Positions 1 through 5,453 of a DNA stretch of 10,210 nt are shown here, in pieces. Positions within the stretch are counted from its first letter, which is position 1, and each line of letters opens with the position of its first letter. This stretch comes from a virus: the UHGV virus genome UHGV-0225709; one strand, 5' to 3'. A model generated the notes under the pieces. That model was not told the origin of the DNA. It made no database searches and saw only the letters and a program-made list of their open reading frames with translations. The position numbers and the translations under genes are program-made.

Positions 1-369
1 TTTTGTCATGACATCAACCCAATTCTTAATACCAGGAATCTCGGTTACTGGACAACTCATATCCCAATAACCAGCCTGTTCCCACGTTAAAACGGGCAAC
101 CGGGCGATGTTGTCACTAATGTAAGGGTACTGATTCAGACGCAGATCATCGGCTTTATCGTGACCGTCCTTTCCATAAAGAATCCATTCAGGAGATTTGG
201 AAAGCAATTTTGACAGTAGATACAAATTCTCACCGTCAGGTTTTGAAGAGCCATTTTCCCATTTTGTTACGGATACACGAGATATGCCGATTGCTTTCGC
301 AACCTGCTGTTGGGTTAATCCAACGTCTTTTCGACGATTCCGAATACGTTCGCTGATAGTGTTTTTCAT
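1..369 (-). CDS. cI: Phage repressor, lambda-cI-like with LexA/S24-type C-terminal domain (partial; the C-terminus lies beyond the window start)
   Basis: Reverse-strand reading frame is open from ATG (complement of 367-369) to the window edge, 123 codons with no stop. The translation begins MKNTISERIRNRRKDVGLTQQQVAKAIGISRVSVTKWENG, a typical XRE/Cro-C1 helix-turn-helix. It continues ...RLPVLTWEQAGYWDMS..., which resembles the lambda cI hinge around its Ala-Gly RecA-stimulated autocleavage site. Absent from the ORF track because it is truncated. Divergent from the downstream cro-like gene. Confidence 0.8.
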   Translation of the reverse strand, partial: MKNTISERIRNRRKDVGLTQQQVAKAIGISRVSVTKWENGSSKPDGENLYLLSKLLSKSPEWILYGKDGHDKADDLRLNQYPYISDNIARLPVLTWEQAGYWDMSCPVTEIPGIKNWVDVMTK

Positions 370-460
370 GTAACCAATGTTACTACCAAGTGATGTTGCT
401 ATGGTTGACATTGTTATGTAACTATTGTTACCCTTTTGCTCGAAATAACAGGAGAGTTTT
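370..460. promoter_or_regulatory. Divergent immunity promoter/operator region between repressor and cro-like gene
   Basis: A 91 bp non-coding gap lies between divergent regulator genes. Two copies of the 14 bp dyad GTAAC-N4-GTTAC occur at 370-383 (gtaaccaatgttac) and 418-431 (gtaactattgttac). A TTGACA hexamer sits at 405-410. The SD ggagag at 444-449 precedes ATG 461. I could not pair the -35 with a convincing -10. Confidence 0.55.
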
Positions 461-676
461 ATGTTCAAAGATGATGTTCTGCGCTATTTCAAAAAAAAGC
501 GACTAGTAGCTGAGGCTCTTGGAATTTCACATGTGGCTGTTGTGCGGTGGAAAGCAGTTATTCCCAAACTTCGCGCAATGGAACTGGATGAAATTACTAA
601 CGGTGAATTGAAATACAACCCAGAACTTTACAAGAAGCAGGATAGCACCTCAAACGAAGGAAAGAATGATTCATGA
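461..676 (+). CDS. cro: Cro-like small DNA-binding regulator (HTH)
   Basis: 71-aa ORF with SD ggagag 12 nt upstream. The motif KKRLVAEALGISHVAVVRWKA is a classic Cro/C1-type HTH. Position immediately divergent from the repressor gene. The stop overlaps the next start (ATGA at 673-676). Confidence 0.75.
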   Translation: MFKDDVLRYFKKKRLVAEALGISHVAVVRWKAVIPKLRAMELDEITNGELKYNPELYKKQDSTSNEGKNDS

Positions 677-1098
677 AAATCAAGCATGAACACATCCGCA
701 TGGCGATGAATGTCTGGGCGCATCCGGACGGCGAAAAAGTACCGGCTGCGAAAATTACCAAAGCGTATTTCGAGCTGGGAATGACGTTCCCGGAACTGTA
801 TGACGACAGCCATCCGGAAGCCCTGGCCCGTAATACCCAGAAAATTTTCCGCTGGGTAGAGAAAGACACCCCTGATGCAGTTGAAAAAATTCAGGCGTTG
901 TTACCAGCGATCGAAAAGGCAATGCCACCTTTGCTGGTGGCCAGAATGCGCAGCCACAGTTCAGCTTATTTTCGGGAGCTGGTGGAGACGCGGGAGCGAC
1001 TGGTGAGAGACGCTGATGATTTTGTCGCAGTGGCAATCGCCGGTTTCAATCAGATGAACCGTGGTGGCCCGGCAGGAAATGCTGTGGCAGTACATTGA
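673..1098 (+). CDS. CII-like phage regulatory protein (YdaT/CP76-like by recollection); function inferred from position
   Basis: 141-aa ORF translationally coupled to the cro-like gene by an ATGA overlap, with SD aaggaaag at 657-664. The product (MKIKHEHIRMAMNVW...) resembles, from memory, the protein encoded after cro-like ydaS in Rac-type prophages. Family assignment not verified. Confidence 0.55.
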   Translation: MKIKHEHIRMAMNVWAHPDGEKVPAAKITKAYFELGMTFPELYDDSHPEALARNTQKIFRWVEKDTPDAVEKIQALLPAIEKAMPPLLVARMRSHSSAYFRELVETRERLVRDADDFVAVAIAGFNQMNRGGPAGNAVAVH

Positions 1099-1169
1099 CT
1101 GACAATAGCCATGTCGAATCGCTTCCGGCAACTCGTGAGTAAAAAGATTCGGTATCAGAAGAGGTGAGT

Positions 1170-2240
1170 ATGGCTAACGCCTGGCTCAGATTATGGCATG
1201 ACATGCCAAATGACCCTAAGTGGCGAACAATTGCCAGGGTGTCAGGGCAGCCAATTGCAACAGTGATGGCAGTATATATCCACCTCCTGGTGAGCGCGTC
1301 ACGAAATGTCACGCGAGGTCACATTGATGTCACGACAGAAGATTTGGCAAGTGCGCTCGACGTGACAGAAGAGGTAATTGATTCAATTTTGCAGACGATG
1401 CAGGGGCGGGTACTTGATGGTGATTTAATCACTGGATGGGAAAAACGCCAGGTGCTGAAAGAGGACAACGGCAATATTTCGCAAACCGCAAAATCTCCGG
1501 CAGAGCGCAAGAGGGCGCAGCGAGAGAGGGAAAGAAAGCGGGAACAAAATGGCGATTGTCACGGCGAGTCACGAAATGTCACGCACATGTCACGACGAGT
1601 CACGACAGATAAAGATACAGATAAAGATACAGATCAAGAAGATCAAAACACTATGGTCCATGGCGTAAAAAACGCCACGAACCAGGCAGGGGATGTTCAG
1701 ACCGTCAATCTCGGTCAGCCAGCAGGCACGACACCGGAAGCCGATTCAGCGTATGCGCTGAAAGCCGATTCGGGCGCTGTGCAGCAGGTGATGACCGCAA
1801 GGCAGGAGCAATCACACCAACTTCAGCAGCCTGAAGCCGATTCCGCCATTCAGCGGGAAGCCGATCGGGTAGTCCCGGAAAACACCGGTCAGTCTGTGGG
1901 ACGAGTGGATTATCCGGATGTGTTCGAACAGGTCTGGCGGGAGTACCCGTTGCGTGCCGGAGCAAACCCGAAGAAATCCGCTTTCAGTGCCTGGAAGGCC
2001 AGATTACGCGAGGGGGTGCCACCAGAGGCCATGCTGGATGGCGTGAGGCGTTACGCAAGATACCTGGCGGCTACCGGGAAAGCGGGAACGGAATTTGTTC
2101 AGCGAGCGACGACGTTTTTTGGACCGGACCGGAATTTTGAGAACCCCTGGTTTCTCCCGGTAAGCGGCACGAACAACCAGCGTTGTGTGAATCATATTAC
2201 TGAACCGGATAACGAAATTCCGCCGGGCTTCAGGGGGTAA
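1170..2240 (+). CDS. Phage replication initiation protein (lambda-O-like organisation, iterons embedded in the gene)
   Basis: 356-aa ORF taking ATG 1170 (the track begins at GTG 1164), with SD gaggtg at 1161-1166. N-terminal region WLRLWHDMPNDPKWRTIARVSGQPIATVMAVY. C-terminal region DYPDVFEQVWREYPLRAGANPKKSAFSAWKARL...GVRRYARYLAATGKAGTEFVQRATTFFGPDRNFENPWFLP matches a motif I recall from phage replication initiator/primosomal-type proteins. Contains iteron arrays and an AT-rich tandem repeat (see repeat features). Sits in the position of P2 gene A. Confidence 0.7.
   Translation: MANAWLRLWHDMPNDPKWRTIARVSGQPIATVMAVYIHLLVSASRNVTRGHIDVTTEDLASALDVTEEVIDSILQTMQGRVLDGDLITGWEKRQVLKEDNGNISQTAKSPAERKRAQRERERKREQNGDCHGESRNVTHMSRRVTTDKDTDKDTDQEDQNTMVHGVKNATNQAGDVQTVNLGQPAGTTPEADSAYALKADSGAVQQVMTARQEQSHQLQQPEADSAIQREADRVVPENTGQSVGRVDYPDVFEQVWREYPLRAGANPKKSAFSAWKARLREGVPPEAMLDGVRRYARYLAATGKAGTEFVQRATTFFGPDRNFENPWFLPVSGTNNQRCVNHITEPDNEIPPGFRG
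1298..1334. repeat. Iteron cluster 1: four GTCAC(G) repeats at 10-11 bp phasing (putative origin element)
   Basis: GTCAC begins at 1298, 1308, 1318 and 1329. An inverted copy CGTGAC lies at 1361-1366. The 17-mer gtcacgaaatgtcacgc at 1298-1314 recurs exactly at 1568-1584. Confidence 0.7.
1558..1650. repeat. Iteron cluster 2 (five GTCACG repeats at 10-11 bp phasing) followed by an AT-rich tandem repeat; putative phage origin of replication inside the rep gene
   Basis: GTCACG at 1558, 1568, 1578, 1589 and 1599. Immediately followed by gataaagataca twice in tandem (1608-1631) and then gatcaagaagatcaaaac. This lies in the region encoding an acidic linker (DKDTDKDTDQEDQ). The arrangement parallels ori-lambda within gene O (iterons followed by an AT-rich unwinding region). 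Confidence 0.7.
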
Positions 2241-2280
2241 GTGTTAATTTCTGGTCATGAGGTAATTTTCAGGAGGGCTT

Positions 2281-2703
2281 GTGGCAAAAGTTTTTACACA
2301 AGAAGAGCGGGAAAAAATTAAAGGGCTGATCGTGGAATTCGTACGCCTTAACGGACGAGGCACGATTCGGCAGTTATCGGATGAAATTGGTGTCAGTCAT
2401 GCGTCTGTCGGTCGTTTATGCATGGAGCTGGCCGCCAGTGGTGATGTTTACAATTCCGGTTACGGAGTATTCCCGTCTGAGCAGGCGCGCAAGGACTGGC
2501 AAAACGCCCGCAAAAAACTCTCAAGGGCAAAGCTGAAGAAACCATCTGTGGTTGATCCGGACCTTATCTGGCTATTACCAGACGGCGAAATACGCCGCTA
2601 CGACAGGCGCCTAAACATAATCTGTCGCGAGTGCCGGAAGAGTGAAGCTATGCAGCGTGTACTGGCTTTCTATCAGGGTAATTTTCAGGAGACGGTACTG
2701 TGA
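2281..2703 (+). CDS. Hypothetical protein with a probable winged-HTH N-terminus and a single C-terminal CxxC
   Basis: 140-aa ORF starting at GTG 2281 with a strong SD aggagg at 2271-2276. GTIRQLSDEIGVSHASVGRLCMELAASG looks like an HTH; followed by a basic stretch (ARKKLSRAKLKK) and CRECRK. No confident family assignment. Confidence 0.6.
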   Translation: MAKVFTQEEREKIKGLIVEFVRLNGRGTIRQLSDEIGVSHASVGRLCMELAASGDVYNSGYGVFPSEQARKDWQNARKKLSRAKLKKPSVVDPDLIWLLPDGEIRRYDRRLNIICRECRKSEAMQRVLAFYQGNFQETVL

Positions 2704-2760
2704 GTGAAATTAGCTATCAGGCTTCAATTACCGCTGGCATTCGCATCAAAGGAGAGGAGC

Positions 2761-3117
2761 ATGGAAATAAAACCAGAGGATGAGTTAAGCAATATCGTTT
2801 TATTTCCGGTAAAAGAGGATGACCCTCGTAATCAGGTTAATTTTCTTTATGAGCCATCGGAAAGACCATATTGTCATCACGCCTCTGTCCGGGTTGACGA
2901 AAAAGAGCGTCAGGTCCGCTGTAAAATCTGCGGTGCAGTTGTGGAGCCGTTTGACTGGATACTCTCTGTGGCGAAAAGAGAAACCAGACTGGCAGATGAT
3001 GTAAGGCTATTGCGCCAGGAGGAACAGGAAAGGCGGAAAAATATAGAAAAGTTAATTCAGATTGAGCGTAACGCGAAAGCGCGGATACGCAGGGCGACAA
3101 AATCCAGAACTGAATAA
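2761..3117 (+). CDS. Hypothetical protein with a putative zinc ribbon (C-x17-CxxC) and a charged, probably coiled-coil C-terminus
   Basis: ATG 2761 preceded by SD aggag at 2750-2754. Product MEIKPEDELSN...CHHASVRVDEKERQVRCKICGAV...RLLRQEEQERRKNIEKLIQIERNAKARIRR. The track ORF starts at GTG 2704 in the same frame; that alternative start is not excluded and is 12 nt downstream of a second copy of the ggtaattttcaggag element. Confidence 0.6.
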   Translation: MEIKPEDELSNIVLFPVKEDDPRNQVNFLYEPSERPYCHHASVRVDEKERQVRCKICGAVVEPFDWILSVAKRETRLADDVRLLRQEEQERRKNIEKLIQIERNAKARIRRATKSRTE

Positions 3118-3167
3118 ATAAATTTAGAGCTGTAAATAAAATCTAATCCTTAACTGGAGGTATATTT

Positions 3168-3380
3168 ATGTTAAATACACAGAAAGCCATTAATGCGGAA
3201 AAATATAACGAGTGGGCAAGAAAATTCTCTGAGCAGATTTTTAAAATTACTGGCGATGAGAATGCGGCAAAAAATGAATTAGAACCGTGGACGCCTGAAG
3301 GAGCCGACTCAAATTATTGCTGGAGGGAGGTTGATCCAGTTGATGCTGCAAATGAAGCTATGAGTTATTACAACGATTAA
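3168..3380 (+). CDS. Small acidic hypothetical protein (70 aa); first gene of the AT-rich cargo segment
   Basis: ATG 3168 with SD ctggagg 6-12 nt upstream. The product has 14 Asp+Glu against 7 Lys+Arg by my count. Lies in markedly AT-rich DNA. Confidence 0.6.
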   Translation: MLNTQKAINAEKYNEWARKFSEQIFKITGDENAAKNELEPWTPEGADSNYCWREVDPVDAANEAMSYYND

Positions 3381-3390
3381 TGTCAGGAGG

Positions 3391-3406
3391 CCGCCCGAAA
3401 GGGCGG
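3391..3406 (+). other. Perfect 6 bp GC stem with GAAA tetraloop (ccgccc-gaaa-gggcgg) directly after an AGGAGG and before two ATGs
   Basis: Seen directly: aggagg 3385-3390, stem 3391-3396 / 3401-3406, ATGs at 3409 and 3413. No U-tract follows, so it is not a canonical intrinsic terminator. May be an RNA processing or translational control element. Confidence 0.5.
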
Positions 3407-3492
3407 TAATGAATGGTCACATTATTTAGAAAAAATATCCGCGAAAGAGTAGAACAACAGAATTTCTGTTTCTCATTCTGTTTATCGTGTTG

Positions 3493-3630
3493 ATGATACC
3501 GATATCCCCGCTAATCCTAGTCTGGATAATCGGAAAAATAATTGAGCCAGTTATTGAATTGTATAACGACGTGGTATGGGCGTCATTCAACACACTGCAC
3601 AATAAAATTAATCCGTATAAGGAAAACTGA
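3493..3630 (+). CDS. Candidate small hydrophobic (single-pass membrane?) peptide, 45 aa
   Basis: ATG 3493 overlaps the stop of a 26-codon upstream ORF (3413-3493) in a TGATG arrangement. Its own stop TGA 3628-3630 sits 1 nt before ATG 3632 of the next gene. Product MIPISPLILVWIIGKIIEPVIELYNDVVWASFNTLHNKINPYKEN has a hydrophobic N-terminal half. Too short for the ORF track. No classical SD of its own, so expression would depend on coupling. Confidence 0.4.
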   Translation: MIPISPLILVWIIGKIIEPVIELYNDVVWASFNTLHNKINPYKEN

Positions 3631-3631
3631 T

Positions 3632-3895
3632 ATGGCAACTTTGACAAAAAAAGAACGGGCATGGTTGAACGAATTACAGGAAGTTCTTGATCGCTGTCCA
3701 TCACCGAAAAAAATTGGCTTTTACACCATTGGCGATAAAAGCATTTACCTGTATGACCTACGCCGCATGGATGAAATCATGGAGGCTCTTGATAATCGTT
3801 CGTCAATGGATTGGTGTGTTGCTGTCCATGATATGAATGCAGGGTTTGATGAAAAGATTTTGTTCCCCTCATCAGTTGAAAGCACAGCAGGATAA
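3632..3895 (+). CDS. Hypothetical small protein (87 aa), last gene before the terminator
   Basis: ATG 3632 with SD aagga at 3619-3623. The track ORF begins at TTG 3542 in the same frame, but the internal ATG with SD is the better start. Product MATLTKKERAWLNELQEVLDRCPSPKKIGFYTIGDKSIYLYDLRRMDEIMEALDNRSS... Followed 37 nt later by an intrinsic terminator. Confidence 0.6.
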   Translation: MATLTKKERAWLNELQEVLDRCPSPKKIGFYTIGDKSIYLYDLRRMDEIMEALDNRSSMDWCVAVHDMNAGFDEKILFPSSVESTAG

Positions 3896-3931
3896 GGACC
3901 CAGCAAATATACACAACCTATAAAACACTAA

Positions 3932-3956
3932 AGCGCCTCAGGGGCGCTTTTTGTTT
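3932..3956 (+). terminator. Rho-independent terminator closing the rightward early/cargo operon
   Basis: Stem agcgcc (3932-3937), loop tcagg, stem ggcgct (3943-3948), followed by tttttgttt. Confidence 0.75.
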
Positions 3957-3982
3957 GCACAAAAGTGCACAAATTTGCACAA
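3956..3982. repeat. Three direct TGCACAA repeats at exactly 10 bp phasing, followed by a T7 tract
   Basis: TGCACAA at 3956-3962, 3966-3972 and 3976-3982. Helical phasing puts the sites on one DNA face. Candidate protein-binding array (small terminase/cosB-like or a regulator). Confidence 0.5.
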
Positions 3983-4052
3983 TTTTTTTGAACGACTTTT
4001 TACCCTTCCGGCCCGCATGGCGGCTGGATCCGTCAAGGATCCGTGCGTGCAC

Positions 4053-4076
4053 AAAAAAACGCGCTTTTTCTGCGCG
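4053..4076 (-). terminator. Candidate Rho-independent terminator for leftward transcription (short stem)
   Basis: On the minus strand: CGCGC-agaaaaa-GCGCG followed by TTTTTTT (plus-strand aaaaaaa at 4053-4059). The stem is only 5 bp, so moderate confidence. Convergent with the plus-strand terminator at 3932-3956. Confidence 0.45.
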
Positions 4077-4353
4077 CAGGTGACGGGGGAACAGCCCGCG
4101 TTTCAGGGGGTAAATAGCATTCCCTGAACGATGTCGCAGAGATACAACAGAATGGCTGTATTTCTCACGCTGAGCGTGAAAAAGACGTGAGGGCTTTTGA
4201 TTTGATGGGGTGAAAGGTAAGGCCGTCAAAATCGCACTGAGACGGCGAGAACATGCAGTCAACGCGGTGGGATTGCGTAAGAGTCTGACTGTCGATGATG
4301 GCAATCAGCAGGAAAGCGTCGTGAAATTATCTGATTGATACAGGAGCTGGAGA

Positions 4354-4382
4354 GCCGGGGCATAAATTTTTTATGCCCCGGC
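4354..4382. other. Inverted repeat / hairpin immediately downstream of the portal gene
   Basis: gccggggcat (4354-4363) pairs with atgccccggc (4373-4382), extendable through flanking A/T. Lies 25 nt past the Q-like stop. No clear U-tract on either strand. Confidence 0.45.
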
Positions 4383-4406
4383 GAAGCAGCAGACAAGCGA
4401 AGCGCG

Positions 4407-5453
4407 TCAGGATGTGGGCTGGGTGTCTAACAGTGCGTAAGGGTTAAAGCGGATCACCTTTTCGCCAAGCCAGTCATTGATGTGCTTCATGGCCTCCATG
4501 ACGGGCATCAGTTCGTTAATTGCGTAAACCCGCGCGGCCTTCTCCACATCACCAAACGCACTTTTTTCGCCCGGCATCGCCCCCATCAGTTGCGGCGGAA
4601 CGCGGTGCGCAGCCAGCACATCATCACGGGATGCCGCCTTAACATTCATGAACTCATCCTTTGCGGTGATCTGCTGGAACGGCAAAATTTGCACCCCCTC
4701 TTTGCCCCCGTTGGGCGCATGAATGAGCACGTTTTTAAACGCACCGCCACCACGCGCACCCTGTAACGTTTCTTTCAGGGAGTCCATGCTTTCGCGGTTT
4801 ACCTGCGCTGCACCGATGTAGATGATGCACCCGGCATGGGATCCGTTGTCGTAATACAGTTTTCTGAACATGTCCGCCGAATGAGACAGGCTGGCCGAGA
4901 GTAATGCGCCAAGATATTCCGGCATGCCGTAGATTTCCTGGTTAATGTCAGGATTCATCAGGTGGCACACTTTGCCTGGGCGAAACTGAAACGCATCCTT
5001 ACCATCCTGCACATACCACCATGATTCAAGATCGCTTCCGCGTCGCATGTATTTCGCTAGGGCGTGCCGTAATTTAAGCGGTTCGCCGAGCATATTGCTT
5101 CGAAGCTCAAGGAATGCGTTACCGAACACAAACCAGTCCAGCGCCAGCGCCGAGAAATCCTGCCGGGAAAGCAGCGGGTGCGGGATGTAGCAACCGAGTA
5201 ATACATTGCGCTTAAAGTAAAGCGCAGACTGATGCCAGGACGTTTGCCGGGCAGCTCTTGCCAGACCGTACCAGTCCACCGGTGTTTCATACCACCGCCC
5301 GTTATCAGCACAGTACATATTGTCCAGCAAATCATGCCCGGTCAGGCGATAAGGACCATCAAATGTGAATGCACTGAGCGATGATTCTTTCCTGAGCGCA
5401 TCAGCGAGATCAATGCGTGAACTCATGCGCACTTTTTTATTTTTTCTGCTCAT
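4407..5453 (-). CDS. Q: Portal protein, P2 gpQ-like
   Basis: 348-aa ORF on the minus strand with SD GGAG 5 nt upstream of its ATG (complement of 5451-5453). Size and position (adjacent to and co-oriented with large terminase, next to the cos region) match P2 Q. The start overlaps the terminase stop (ATGA). Confidence 0.8.
   Translation of the reverse strand: MSRKNKKVRMSSRIDLADALRKESSLSAFTFDGPYRLTGHDLLDNMYCADNGRWYETPVDWYGLARAARQTSWHQSALYFKRNVLLGCYIPHPLLSRQDFSALALDWFVFGNAFLELRSNMLGEPLKLRHALAKYMRRGSDLESWWYVQDGKDAFQFRPGKVCHLMNPDINQEIYGMPEYLGALLSASLSHSADMFRKLYYDNGSHAGCIIYIGAAQVNRESMDSLKETLQGARGGGAFKNVLIHAPNGGKEGVQILPFQQITAKDEFMNVKAASRDDVLAAHRVPPQLMGAMPGEKSAFGDVEKAARVYAINELMPVMEAMKHINDWLGEKVIRFNPYALLDTQPTS

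Noticed and set aside
597-1036. Minus-strand ORFs (597-869, 628-813, 755-1036) overlapping the cro-like and CII-like genes
   Set aside because: They are antisense to tightly coupled plus-strand genes with good SDs and recognisable HTH content. Likely spurious.
1298-1650. Possibility that the GTCACG repeat arrays are a CRISPR array or other non-coding repeat locus
   Set aside because: The repeats are only 5-6 bp with about 5 bp spacers, lie inside an intact 356-codon reading frame, and are followed by an AT-rich tract. This is iteron/origin architecture, not CRISPR.
2700-2783. 27-codon ORF from GTG 2700, placed 8 nt after the repeated SD element and out of frame with the 2761 gene
   Set aside because: Very short with no distinctive features. 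The ATG 2761 gene with its own SD explains the region, and the repeated SD may instead serve GTG 2704 in frame with that gene. Unresolved, but not reported as a gene.
3391-3406. Interpretation of the GC hairpin as a Rho-independent terminator
   Set aside because: No U-tract follows on the plus strand or the minus strand. It is retained as a structured RNA element rather than a terminator.
3426-3704. 92-aa minus-strand ORF overlapping the micro-ORF chain
   Set aside because: No SD upstream of its ATG. It overlaps plus-strand ORFs that show start/stop coupling, and all neighbouring genes are plus-stranded. Kept only as a remote alternative.
3918-4304. 128-aa minus-strand ORF in the cos region
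   Set aside because: It runs across both terminator hairpins and the phased repeats, has an Arg/Ser-rich low-complexity translation and no ribosome-binding site. The region is better explained as non-coding cos/terminator DNA.
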